Below, piece after piece: positions 1 through 9,595 of a stretch of 64,000 bases of DNA (its first letter is position 1; each line of letters opens with the position of its first letter). Both the position numbers and the translations under genes were made by a program. The stretch is from Verrucomicrobiia bacterium (GTDB taxonomy: Bacteria > Omnitrophota > Omnitrophia > Omnitrophales > Aquincolibacteriaceae), in contig DATJFP010000047.1 of assembly GCA_035495615.1 (NCBI GenBank), forward strand, positions 4,106-68,105. The letters run 5' to 3'. Below the pieces are notes generated by a model. It did not search any database. It was not told where the DNA came from and saw only the letters and a program-made list of their open reading frames with translations.

Positions 1-3000
1 AAGATCGAGTATTCGAAAGACAGCGGGGTCACTTATCCGGACGTAATCGCGTCTTCGACGGCCAACGACGGCACGCATCCGTGGCTCATTCCGGACGACA
101 TCCAGACCATCAAGAACATGCGCATCAAGATCTCTTCTCTCCCGACGACAGACGTCTGGGCCGTCGCGGCGTTTTCCCAGGGGTTTTTCCAGATCATCGG
201 CGCGCTGCAGATGGTGACGCCGAACGACTCGACGGGCGTCAAATGGCGCGTCGGCACGGCGCAGGACATCAAGTGGAACGCGACCGGCTCGATCGCCAAC
301 GTAAAACTCGAGTATTCTTCCTCCGGGTCCGGAGGCCCGTGGACGACGCTCGTCGCTTCCGCGCCTTCCGGAGCGGGGACGAATAAGTCTTACACCTGGA
401 CAATCCCGATCAATATTCCGTTCGTCAAAGATAATTTCCGGATCCGCGTCCTTGACGCGTTGAACACGAACGTGTTCGACGTGGCGGACGCCAGCAGCTC
501 GATTCTGGGCGACTTTACGATCACTGCTCCCGTCGCGGGGAATGTCTGGCAGGCGGAAAATACGCACACGATCACCTGGGCCACGCCTCAGGCGGGCGTG
601 CCGGCGACCGTCAAAATCGAATATGACCTCAATGACGGAAACGGCTACCTGCCCATCGCGGAGACCTTCGGCACGGCCAATGACGGCGTCGTTTCCAACA
701 GCGGCAGCCAGAACTGGACGCTGCCCGTGGGGCTTTCGGCCGCGGCCCGCATCCGCGTCTCGGATCCCGCCGACATCGATAGCGCGCGCACGAGCGATCC
801 GTTCAAGATCCGCGGCCGCCTGACCTTGACGGCGCCCAATGGCCTCGAGTCCTGGGAAATCGATACGCTGCATGACATCACGTGGACCAAGAAAGGTAAC
901 ATCGCGGCCGTGAAACTCGAGATTTCGACCGCGGGGGATGATCCGGCGCAGTACGAGGCGCTTGTCGACGCGGACGGCAAGGACACGCAGAACATCGATA
1001 CGACAGGCGCGGGTCCGTACACTTTCAACTGGAAAATCCCGAACCAGGCCGGTATTACGACGATCAACGGCAGGATCCGGATCGTGGATGCCACGGACTC
1101 GACGGTGCTCGATCAGTCCAACGGTGATTTCACGATCAAGGGCCGCGTGCAGGTCCTCACTCCGAACGGCGGCAATTCTCTGACCGTCGGCGTGCCTTAC
1201 GCGGTCACGGGCTCGGTCTTCGGCCCCATCGCGAACGTCAATCTCTATTATTCGACCAACGGCGGCGCCACCTATGACTACCCGGTGGAAGGCTGCGCCA
1301 CGGTTGCCGTGAGCCAGGCGGCTTTCAGCTGCAACTGGAATGTTCCGGACATCGTCGGCCTGCCGCTGCGCATCAAGGCTGTCGACGCGAATAACCCGGT
1401 CGTGTTCGACACCTCCGACAGCAATTTTGCGGTCAAAGGCGGCGCGACGCTGACCTCGCCGACTTCTTCCAGCGTCTGGATCGCGGGCGAAGCCAACAAC
1501 ATCACCTGGGACAGGACCGGAAACATCGGCAATGTCGATCTGTATTACAGCGTCAATGACGGCCCATTCAACACGATCACGACGAGCGTGCCGTCGCCTC
1601 TGGCCACCGGCAACAGCTTCTCGTGGGTGCTTCCGACGACGGCCATCGTATCGAATAATGTGAAGGTCAAGATCGACGGCGCGAATCTCGTCGGGCCGAA
1701 TGTCACGCAGGCGTTTGCGGTCAAAGGCAAGCTGACGCTCACCTATCCTGATGCCGCCGGCATCGAAACCGTCCTTGGCAATGTCATGAACGTCACCTGG
1801 ACCGTGGCCGGCGATATCGGAAACGTCAAAGTCGAATACTTTGACGGCACGTCCTGGACGACGGCAACCACCACGGCGCCGGAAGCAGGCCCTTATGCCA
1901 TGACGCTCAATGCGCCGCTCACGACGGTCGCGACCATGGGCGCCCGCGTCCGCATTTCCGACGCGGACGACGGCACGGTCTCCGATACTTCCTCGAACGA
2001 TTTTGTGGTCAGGCCGCACCTTCTTGTTCTTACTCCGGGCGGCAGCGAAGCCTGGGAAGTCGGAAGCACGCACAACATCACGTGGGAGGCGATCGGCTCG
2101 AATACGGCGAACGTCAAGATCGAATATTCGACCGACAACGGAGCCACTTATCCGAACGTGATCGCGGGTTCCACGCCGAACGACGGATCGTTCGGCTGGC
2201 TGATTCCCGACAATATTCAAAGCGTCCAAAACATGAAGGTGCGCATGCAGACCCTGCCGGCGACGGACCCGTGGTCGGTCACGGCGGCATCGAACGGCCT
2301 TTTCCAGATCATCGGCAAGCTTCAGTTGACGCAGCCCGGTGACACGACGGGCGTCAAATGGCGCATCAACAGTTCCGGCAATGAAATCAAGTGGAACGCC
2401 ACGGGTTCGATCGTGAACGTCAAGCTCGAATATTCGACGAACGGACTGACCGGGCCCTGGAGCACGATTGTCTCCTCCACGCCTTCCGGTTCGGGCAATG
2501 ACAAGAGCTATTCGTGGACGATTCCCTCCAATTTCCCGATCGTGAAGGATAATTTCCGGGTCCGGGTGCTGGATGCCGCGAACACGAACGTGTACGACAC
2601 GGCGGATGCCGCCAGCTCCACCCTCGCCAACTTCACGTTCGTTGCGCCGGTGTCCGGAAATGTGTGGGTCGCGGAAAGTTCTCAGACGATCACGTGGACG
2701 ACGCCGGTCAACGGCCTGCCCGCCAACGTCAAGATCGAGTACAACCTGAATGACGGCTCGGGCTGGCAATTGCTTCCCGAATCCGACGGCACGCCGAACG
2801 ACGGCATCGTGACTAACAGCGGAAGCCGGAGCTGGACCCTGGGCACGGGACTGTCGGCGGTGGCCCGCGTGCGCATTTCAGATGCCCTTGATTCGGACAG
2901 CCTGATCACCAGCGATGCGTTCAAGATCCGCGGCTCGCTCACCATGACCGCGCCGAACACGGGCATCGAATCCTGGGAAATCAATACCTTCAATAACATC

Positions 3001-6000
3001 AACTGGACGAAAAAAGGAAACATCACCGCGGTCCGCCTGGAATTCTCCAACAACGGCGACGATCCCGCGAGCTATGAGCCTCTGGTCGACGCGGACGGCA
3101 AAGACACGCAGAATATCGATACCACAGGTCCCGGCCCCTATACCTTTAACTGGAGAATTCCGGACCAGCCGGGCATCACCACGACTTCGGCGCGCGTGCG
3201 GGTCCTGGACGCCTCGGATCCGACGGTCTACGATCCCGCCAATTTCAATTTCACGATCAAGGGCCGCGTGTCGCTCACGACCCCGAACGGCGGGGAGACG
3301 CTGGGAGTCGGAACGCCTTATGCCGTAAGCGGCTCAGTCTTTGGCCCGATTACGAGCGTGAAGCTCTATTATTCCACTAACGGCGGCCTGACCTATGACT
3401 ATGCCATGGAAGGCTGCTCGGTGGTGGCCGTGGCGGGCGGCGCGTTCAGCTGCAACTGGAGCGTGCCCGACAAAATCGGCTCGAACCTCCGCGTGAAGGT
3501 TGAAGACGCGAACAACCCGCTTGTCTTCGACGTTTCGGATGCGAATTTCTCGATCAAAGGCAGCGCGGTCATCACGGCCCCGATCTCGACCTCGGTCTGG
3601 GGCGCCGGCGAAAGCCGCAACATTATCTGGAACGCGAACGGCACGATCGGCAACGTCGATCTTTTCTATTCCAACGACGGCGGCACGAACTGGACCACGA
3701 TCGCTTCCGGCGTCGCGACCACACTGGCGGTCGGGAATACGTTCAACTGGACGCTTCCCACGGACAACATCGTTTCCCTGAACGTCAAAGTCAAATTGCA
3801 GGGCAACGGCCTGATTGCGCCTGCGATTTCGGACGCGTTCACGGTCAAAGGAAAAATTACGCTGACCTATCCGGATGCGGCCGGCATCGAAACCACGCTG
3901 GGCGGTACGCTGAATGTCACCTGGACACGCGCAGGCGACATCGGGCCCGTGAAGGTCGAATATTACGACGGGACGAGCTGGTCCCTGATTACCATGAGCG
4001 CGCCCCAGGACGGCCCGTACGCCATGCTCCTCGACGCGCCGAACACGACCCTGGCGACGGCGGGCGCTTTGATCCGCGTTTCAGATCCGGACGACGCGAC
4101 GGTTTCCGACACCTCCTCCAATGCCTTCAAGGTGCTTCCGCTCCTGCAGGTCACGGCGCCGGCCGGCGGCGAATCGTGGAAGGTGAGCGACACGCATAAC
4201 ATTACCTGGAACTTCAAAGGAACGAACGTGGCGACCGTCAAAATCGACTACTCGAAAGACGGCGGCGTCACCTACAACGACGTGATCGCGGCATCGACGG
4301 CAAACGACGGCGACTTTGCATGGCTGATTCCGGACAGCATCACGGCGGCCCCGAGCGTGAAGGTGCGCATTTCGAGCCTTCCCGAAGCCGATCTGTTTGC
4401 CGTGCGCGCGGTGTCGAACGGCCTTTTCAAAATCATCGGCGGCCTGCTGCTTTCTTCGCCGACAGGCACGGACAAATGGGGCGTGGGCACGGCCCATGAC
4501 ATCAAATGGACGCGCACGGGATCGGTGGCGAACGTCCGTCTCGATTATTCCACCGACAACGGCACCACCTGGAACCAGATCGCGGGTTCGGTTCCGGGCG
4601 GCCAGGGCGACACCGGATACACCTGGACCGTCCCGAACGCCGCGGGCATTGTATCGACGACGGTGAAGGCACGCGTTTCCGATGTCACGGACGCGAGTGT
4701 GTTCAACGTTTCGCCGACGTTCTCGATCACGCCTTCCTTTATTATTACGGCGCCCGCGCTCGGGCAGAACGTGCCGGTCAACAAGAACTTCACGATCGCG
4801 TGGACGCGCCAGGGCCAGAACCCGACCGTGAACCTCTATTATTCCAAGGACGGATTCTCGGGCCCCGGCATTCCGATTGCGCTCGGCGCTTCGAACAACG
4901 GTTCCTATGCCTGGGCCGTTCCCGATTTTGCCGAGCTGAGCACCGGCCCGCTGCCTTTGCAGGTCCGCGTGGCCTATCCCGCTGACGAGACCGCTTATGA
5001 CGATTCGGATGTGTTCCATGCCGTTGCAGGCTTCACGGTCGTGTCGCCGAACGCGGCGAGCGACAAATGGGATGTGGGCAGCGCGCAGACGATCCGCTGG
5101 AAATCCACCAGCGCGAATTCGCCGCAGGCCAAAATCCGGTATTCCGTGGACGGCGGCGCGACGTTTCCTTTCACCCTCACTTCCACGGCGGGCAACAGCG
5201 GCGCGCCCGATGCGGAACGCACCTGGAGCTGGCCGTCGGTTCCGGATACGATCACGTCTCAGTTCAAAGTGCGTGTCGAAGATGCGAATGATGCGACCGC
5301 CTTTGATGATTCCGATGCCAACGCCAAGATCAAGGCTTATTTCGAGGTCCTGACGCCGTCGGCCGTGAACATTACCGCCACCGTAGGATCGACCTACAAC
5401 ATCACGTGGGGATGGGAAGGTACGGTCACAGACGTCCTGTTGTCCTACTCCAAAGACAATTTCGCCACTTCGTCGACGATCAACGGCGGCCTTCCCACGG
5501 CCAATGACGGCGTCTACGAATGGACCGTCCCTGACGACATCACGTCTTCGCCGCTGGTGAAAGTGCGCGTCCGCAGCAGCCTTGATTCGGATGCGGTCGA
5601 CATTTCCGACAACGCGTTCAAAATCCGCGGCAATTTCACGATCACCAAGCCGAACGGCACGGACCGCTTCAAAATCGGGTTGAGTGATACGATCCAGTGG
5701 ACGACGGTCGGCAATATTCCGAACGTGCGCGTGGTCGCTTACTCCACGCTGCCCGGAGACACCGGGTTCCCGTACACCGCGGCCGCACCGCTCGTCATCG
5801 CCAACAGCGTGGCGAACGTCCCCAACGGCAATAAAACCTACACCTGGTCGCCGATCCCGAACATGCCTTCGGCGAACCTGCGCGTGCGCGTCCTCGACGT
5901 CAACGATACAACCGTCTACGACGATTCGGATGCCGATTTCCGCATCCAGGGCCAGTTCACGGCCACCAATCCCATGTTCACCGCCGTGCCGGTGGGCTCG

Positions 6001-6540
6001 ACGCAGACGATCACCTGGACGTGGGGCGGCAGCATGCCGAACGCGGTCATCGAATACTCCGTGGACGGGGGAGCCTACGTTCCCATCCAGGAAAACGAGG
6101 GCACGCCCAATGACGGCATTGTCACCAACGACGGGTCCTTTGACTGGGTTGTGCCGGACACGATTTCCGCAGACGTGAGAATCCGCATCCGCGATCCGTT
6201 TGACAACGAAGTCCAGTCTGTCACCAATCCCTTCAAGATCCACGGCTTCCTGGACTGGACGTTTGCGCAGCCCGCGCAAAAATGGGTCGTCAATGAGAAC
6301 CATGCGCTGACCTGGACTTCAACGGGGAGCATTCCCAACGTCCTGATTGAAGTTTCCACCAACAACGGCATGAACTGGTCTCCCATCAAGGAAAACGAGG
6401 GAACAGCCAATGACGGCATCGTTCCCAATACCGGCACTTACACCTGGAACATTCCCGACACGCCGTCGCCGACCGTCAAGCTGCGCATCTCCGATCCCAA
6501 CGATCCGACGACGGTCAAAGACGTGACCGGTTTCACGTTC
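1..6540. repeat. Intragenic tandem repeat array: ~265-bp domain repeats organised in a ~2.1-kb (about 705-aa) higher-order unit present about 3 times (approximately 118-2232, 2233-4356, 4357-6540), plus the tail of a further copy at 1-117
   Basis: Protein blocks MRIKISSLPTTDVWAVAAFSQGFFQIIGALQ (nt 118), MKVRMQTLPATDPWSVTAASNGLFQIIGKLQ (nt 2233) and VKVRISSLPEADLFAVRAVSNGLFKIIGGLL (nt 4357) head colinear ~700-aa segments. DNA identity between copies is visibly about 70%, so the duplication is not recent. Confidence 0.8.
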
Positions 6541-8169
6541 ACCATCGACTATTACTACATTACGTGGCAGGTGCGCGACCTCCTGACCAACAACAGTCTG
6601 GACCAGTTGACCGTCTCTTCGAGCGACGGCTGGAACGCGTCGGCGCTTAACTCGCCGGTCGTCCACGGCCATCCGGCCGGCACTTACGTCGCCACCTGGA
6701 CGCGCGTCGAATACGGCGACCAGCAGGTCAACTTTGTGGCCGACAGCGACCAGACCGTGACGATCTTCATGGAAACTCAGGTCGTCCACCTTTGGGAATC
6801 CGTGACGGAACTGGCTTATAACGCGGCCGCGGATACCGTCTCCATCGCTTCGACGCTGCGCCGCGATGGCAGCACGGTTTCGGGCGTGGTCAGCTGCACC
6901 ATTCAATTCTATGACGCGGGCACGCTCATCAAGCAGTTCGACAACAACGGCGCCCCCGATGCCCAGGGCTTTTATAATTTCAACTGGGCCGCTCCCACCG
7001 GCCTGCAGTCCGGCAAGGTTTATAACGTCGTCACCACCATGAGCATCGCTTCCGGCGGCGTGTTCAAGACGCCGCGCACGTTCAACATCACCGACACCAA
7101 AAAACTGGAGGAGGTGTCTTCCGAAGTCGCGTCGAAGATCGACGTGCCTCTGTCCCAGGTCCGCGACAGCATTTCGAATACCGTGACGAACCAGCTCAGC
7201 GCGCAATCGGTCGTGATCCAGGGCCAGCTTGACGCGCAGACGACGGCTCTCAGCTCGCAGTTGAACAACCAGACCTCGCTCGTCTCGAACAAGCTGGACC
7301 AGCAAACCACCATTATCCAGACGCAGATGAACACCCTGACCGGTTCTCTCGTCAGCCTCGAGAACGCGACCACCGAGGTCCAGAACGCGACCGACGACGT
7401 CAAGTCAGCGACGTCTGACCTCGAAGAAACAAACATGAAATTTGCCGGACGCCTCCTTATTCCCACGTCCGTCCTGCTCGGCGACGACTTCGTCATCCGT
7501 TACCGCGGCGGCAAGACGGGCCTGATCCCGTTCCTGCGCGTCCTGAGTAACGAGGGTGAGCCCATCCTGCAGCAGCAGCCCATGAAGCCGGTGCCGGACG
7601 TCGAAGGCCTGTACGAATACGTCTTCCCGAGGATCAGCACCGCGGAATTCACGGCGGGCAAGGCTGTCACCGTCATGGTCGAAGAAAACGAGACGGGCAA
7701 TTTCGAAGCCGGATCGGTCTTCATCGAATCCACGACGCTCAGCGAAGTGCAGGGCCTTGTGGCCGCGGGCATGGGTAAGAGCAAGGAACTGCAGGAAATC
7801 AGCGAGCAGATAAAAGGCGTTTCGAACGTGGTTTCCGAAAAAGGCTACATCGGCCAGATGCTGGAAGCGCTCAAGAAGCAGGTCACCGAGATTCCCGAAG
7901 TTCTGCGCAAGGACAGGTCGAACAAGAAAATGCAGAACCAGATCCAGGAAGTCGCCGAACAGATCAGTACGCTGGCCGGAGACAAGGGCCTGAATCTGGG
8001 CGAGCTCATGGACGTCAGCGTCCAGGAAGGCCTGGAACAGTCCCCGAGCCTGCGCGAAATCCGCAAGCGCTCCGATAAGATGCAGGGCGCCATCGAAGTT
8101 GTCCAGCAAACCATTGAACGCGAACTCGTAAACGATGAAACGCCGATCGTGGAAGTCGTTTACTCATAA
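1..8169 (+). CDS. Giant cell-surface/adhesin-like protein, 5' partial (frame continues to window base 1). About 25 tandem ~90-aa Ig-like beta-sandwich repeats plus a distinct ~540-aa C-terminal module with a Q/T/S-rich heptad segment.
   Basis: Uninterrupted 8.2-kb ORF. Window bases 1-117 are already in frame and encode KIEYSKDSGVTYPDVIASSTANDG, the tail of a repeat unit. Each unit has the recurring motif ..ITW.. G.I.NVK(I/L)EYS.DGG.T(W/Y) ... NDG.(F/Y).W.IPD ... VKVRI.D. I recall this motif resembling the Kre9/KNH-like 'GPI-anchored' Ig-fold repeat of bacterial surface proteins, but that is from memory, not a search. Stop TAA at 8167-8169. Confidence 0.85.
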   Translation, partial: KIEYSKDSGVTYPDVIASSTANDGTHPWLIPDDIQTIKNMRIKISSLPTTDVWAVAAFSQGFFQIIGALQMVTPNDSTGVKWRVGTAQDIKWNATGSIANVKLEYSSSGSGGPWTTLVASAPSGAGTNKSYTWTIPINIPFVKDNFRIRVLDALNTNVFDVADASSSILGDFTITAPVAGNVWQAENTHTITWATPQAGVPATVKIEYDLNDGNGYLPIAETFGTANDGVVSNSGSQNWTLPVGLSAAARIRVSDPADIDSARTSDPFKIRGRLTLTAPNGLESWEIDTLHDITWTKKGNIAAVKLEISTAGDDPAQYEALVDADGKDTQNIDTTGAGPYTFNWKIPNQAGITTINGRIRIVDATDSTVLDQSNGDFTIKGRVQVLTPNGGNSLTVGVPYAVTGSVFGPIANVNLYYSTNGGATYDYPVEGCATVAVSQAAFSCNWNVPDIVGLPLRIKAVDANNPVVFDTSDSNFAVKGGATLTSPTSSSVWIAGEANNITWDRTGNIGNVDLYYSVNDGPFNTITTSVPSPLATGNSFSWVLPTTAIVSNNVKVKIDGANLVGPNVTQAFAVKGKLTLTYPDAAGIETVLGNVMNVTWTVAGDIGNVKVEYFDGTSWTTATTTAPEAGPYAMTLNAPLTTVATMGARVRISDADDGTVSDTSSNDFVVRPHLLVLTPGGSEAWEVGSTHNITWEAIGSNTANVKIEYSTDNGATYPNVIAGSTPNDGSFGWLIPDNIQSVQNMKVRMQTLPATDPWSVTAASNGLFQIIGKLQLTQPGDTTGVKWRINSSGNEIKWNATGSIVNVKLEYSTNGLTGPWSTIVSSTPSGSGNDKSYSWTIPSNFPIVKDNFRVRVLDAANTNVYDTADAASSTLANFTFVAPVSGNVWVAESSQTITWTTPVNGLPANVKIEYNLNDGSGWQLLPESDGTPNDGIVTNSGSRSWTLGTGLSAVARVRISDALDSDSLITSDAFKIRGSLTMTAPNTGIESWEINTFNNINWTKKGNITAVRLEFSNNGDDPASYEPLVDADGKDTQNIDTTGPGPYTFNWRIPDQPGITTTSARVRVLDASDPTVYDPANFNFTIKGRVSLTTPNGGETLGVGTPYAVSGSVFGPITSVKLYYSTNGGLTYDYAMEGCSVVAVAGGAFSCNWSVPDKIGSNLRVKVEDANNPLVFDVSDANFSIKGSAVITAPISTSVWGAGESRNIIWNANGTIGNVDLFYSNDGGTNWTTIASGVATTLAVGNTFNWTLPTDNIVSLNVKVKLQGNGLIAPAISDAFTVKGKITLTYPDAAGIETTLGGTLNVTWTRAGDIGPVKVEYYDGTSWSLITMSAPQDGPYAMLLDAPNTTLATAGALIRVSDPDDATVSDTSSNAFKVLPLLQVTAPAGGESWKVSDTHNITWNFKGTNVATVKIDYSKDGGVTYNDVIAASTANDGDFAWLIPDSITAAPSVKVRISSLPEADLFAVRAVSNGLFKIIGGLLLSSPTGTDKWGVGTAHDIKWTRTGSVANVRLDYSTDNGTTWNQIAGSVPGGQGDTGYTWTVPNAAGIVSTTVKARVSDVTDASVFNVSPTFSITPSFIITAPALGQNVPVNKNFTIAWTRQGQNPTVNLYYSKDGFSGPGIPIALGASNNGSYAWAVPDFAELSTGPLPLQVRVAYPADETAYDDSDVFHAVAGFTVVSPNAASDKWDVGSAQTIRWKSTSANSPQAKIRYSVDGGATFPFTLTSTAGNSGAPDAERTWSWPSVPDTITSQFKVRVEDANDATAFDDSDANAKIKAYFEVLTPSAVNITATVGSTYNITWGWEGTVTDVLLSYSKDNFATSSTINGGLPTANDGVYEWTVPDDITSSPLVKVRVRSSLDSDAVDISDNAFKIRGNFTITKPNGTDRFKIGLSDTIQWTTVGNIPNVRVVAYSTLPGDTGFPYTAAAPLVIANSVANVPNGNKTYTWSPIPNMPSANLRVRVLDVNDTTVYDDSDADFRIQGQFTATNPMFTAVPVGSTQTITWTWGGSMPNAVIEYSVDGGAYVPIQENEGTPNDGIVTNDGSFDWVVPDTISADVRIRIRDPFDNEVQSVTNPFKIHGFLDWTFAQPAQKWVVNENHALTWTSTGSIPNVLIEVSTNNGMNWSPIKENEGTANDGIVPNTGTYTWNIPDTPSPTVKLRISDPNDPTTVKDVTGFTFTIDYYYITWQVRDLLTNNSLDQLTVSSSDGWNASALNSPVVHGHPAGTYVATWTRVEYGDQQVNFVADSDQTVTIFMETQVVHLWESVTELAYNAAADTVSIASTLRRDGSTVSGVVSCTIQFYDAGTLIKQFDNNGAPDAQGFYNFNWAAPTGLQSGKVYNVVTTMSIASGGVFKTPRTFNITDTKKLEEVSSEVASKIDVPLSQVRDSISNTVTNQLSAQSVVIQGQLDAQTTALSSQLNNQTSLVSNKLDQQTTIIQTQMNTLTGSLVSLENATTEVQNATDDVKSATSDLEETNMKFAGRLLIPTSVLLGDDFVIRYRGGKTGLIPFLRVLSNEGEPILQQQPMKPVPDVEGLYEYVFPRISTAEFTAGKAVTVMVEENETGNFEAGSVFIESTTLSEVQGLVAAGMGKSKELQEISEQIKGVSNVVSEKGYIGQMLEALKKQVTEIPEVLRKDRSNKKMQNQIQEVAEQISTLAGDKGLNLGELMDVSVQEGLEQSPSLREIRKRSDKMQGAIEVVQQTIERELVNDETPIVEVVYS

Positions 8170-8197
8170 ACGGGCCTCGCGCCCCGGAGAAGCAACG

Positions 8198-9052
8198 ATG
8201 AAGACCGTCCCGTCCGCCGCCCCGCAAAAGAAGAGTTCCCCGCGCTTTCTCATGGCCGGCCTCGCGCTTCTCGGGCTGGCGTGCGCGTCCATGGCCACAG
8301 CCCCGGACCTGCGTGCGCAGGAAGCCGAACGCGAGCCGGTCACGATCAGCGTGGTCGTCTCCAATCCGTCCAAGGAAAAGACGCAGACCATCCCGGTCAA
8401 GATCGACCTGCCGAAGGAAATCACGCCCTCGGAAATCGTCGAAAACGAAGGCCTTCAGGTTCAATACGACGACCAGCGATCCATTTATTTCCTGTACAAC
8501 TCCAAGGTGGAACTCAAACCCAAACAGACGCGCGTTTTCAACGTCCAGGTCAAAGACGTCTGGTTTATCCCGAAGTCGGCGCTCGCGGAGGTAGGATCCG
8601 AAGCGCAGCGGCTGCTCGCCCGCCTGAAGGGGACGGAGTATTACGATTCCGGCAAACGCCTCTATGATCTCATCGGCGAAAAGGTTGCCGGCATCGAGGC
8701 CAAGCAGAATGACGAGACGCTCGGGCAAAAGCAGCGCATCGGCGCCTACCGCCTCAATCTCCTTGCCATGGAAGAGATCAAACAGCTGCTCGAGAAGATG
8801 GAAAAGATCCTGACGGTGACCGGCGGCGTGCCGACTCCGAACATTCCCGAAAAGCTGAAGTCCGACGCGCCGTCGGCGAAGACGACCTGGATGATTATTT
8901 TCGCGATCCTGATTTTCGTGGGATCGGTCGGATTGGTTTTTTTTGTCACCTGGTACCGGAAAGCCGCGGCCGAAAAAACGGTCCGCGACGAATCTCAGGG
9001 CGCTATGCCCGGCGATTTGCCGGGAGAGGACGTGAGAAACCGGGTGGCCTGA
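8198..9052 (+). CDS. Hypothetical bitopic protein with N-terminal signal peptide and C-terminal TM helix; first gene of the ATPase/T2SS-like gene string
   Basis: ATG 8198 sits 8 nt after GGAGA (8186-8190). N-terminus MKTVPSAAPQKKSSPRFLMAGLALLGLACASMA is signal-peptide-like with a possible lipobox-like LAC. The C-terminal hydrophobic stretch TTWMIIFAILIFVGSVGLVFFVTWY is followed by a charged tail. I recognise no family. Confidence 0.6.
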   Translation: MKTVPSAAPQKKSSPRFLMAGLALLGLACASMATAPDLRAQEAEREPVTISVVVSNPSKEKTQTIPVKIDLPKEITPSEIVENEGLQVQYDDQRSIYFLYNSKVELKPKQTRVFNVQVKDVWFIPKSALAEVGSEAQRLLARLKGTEYYDSGKRLYDLIGEKVAGIEAKQNDETLGQKQRIGAYRLNLLAMEEIKQLLEKMEKILTVTGGVPTPNIPEKLKSDAPSAKTTWMIIFAILIFVGSVGLVFFVTWYRKAAAEKTVRDESQGAMPGDLPGEDVRNRVA

Positions 9053-9097
9053 TAAACCCTTCAACCGCGCGGCCGCGCCGCGCCGGAGGTAGGAGAA

Positions 9098-9337
9098 GTG
9101 CTGAAGGTAGTGTTGTTCAGTTCGAAGCAGATGATTTACGAAGGGCAGGCGCGAAGTGTGACCCTGCCCGGGGAACAGGGATGGTTTGAAGTGCACCCCT
9201 TCCACAAGCCTCTGCTTACCCGGCTCAAGGCCGGCTCCCTTCTCATCGATAAAACCCCTTTCGCCATCCGGCATGGCGCCGTCAAAGTCAAAAACAACGA
9301 AGTCGTCATCATGGCAAGGCCGGTGGGCGCCCTATGA
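9098..9337 (+). CDS. atpC: F-type ATPase epsilon-like subunit, N-terminal beta-sandwich domain only (79 aa; C-terminal helical hairpin absent)
   Basis: GTG 9098 follows GGAGGTAGGAGA. Sequence VTLPGEQGWFEVHPFHKPLLTRLKAGSLLI matches the epsilon signature (..PG..GefGiLp.H.Pllt.L.pG.). Its stop overlaps the next start (ATGA at 9334-9337). Confidence 0.6.
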   Translation: MLKVVLFSSKQMIYEGQARSVTLPGEQGWFEVHPFHKPLLTRLKAGSLLIDKTPFAIRHGAVKVKNNEVVIMARPVGAL

Positions 9338-9552
9338 GCCGGAACATCGCGCTGACCATCATTTTCATCATTTGCATCCTTGGGCCCTCGGGCGTATTCG
9401 CGGCGACCGGTTTTTCGAGCATCCAGGCCCTGGGCAGAAATCCGTCGGCGGCGCCGAAGATCATGAGCGCCATGACGCTTTGCCTGCTGTTTACCGAAAG
9501 CGTGGCGATCGTCGCCTTTCTGATCGCCTGGCAGTTGTTCGCGCCTAATTAA
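9334..9552 (+). CDS. atpE: F-type ATPase c subunit (72 aa, two TM helices)
   Basis: Two hydrophobic helices separated by a polar loop (QALGRNPSAAPKI). Conserved carboxylate in helix 2 (LLFTESVAIVAF). Confidence 0.7.
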   Translation: MSRNIALTIIFIICILGPSGVFAATGFSSIQALGRNPSAAPKIMSAMTLCLLFTESVAIVAFLIAWQLFAPN

Positions 9553-9595
9553 GGAATAACGACCGGGCCCGGGTGACGGGGCCCAAGGAGAAAAA

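Noticed and set aside
81-386. 101-aa + strand ORF
   Set aside because: It is out of frame within the giant gene, whose frame is supported by repeat periodicity continuing from base 1.
4081-6303. 740-aa minus-strand ORF
   Set aside because: It lies entirely antisense to the giant repeat gene. Its Arg/Gly/Asp/Val-rich composition is typical of a GC-rich antisense frame. No RBS and no recognisable domain.
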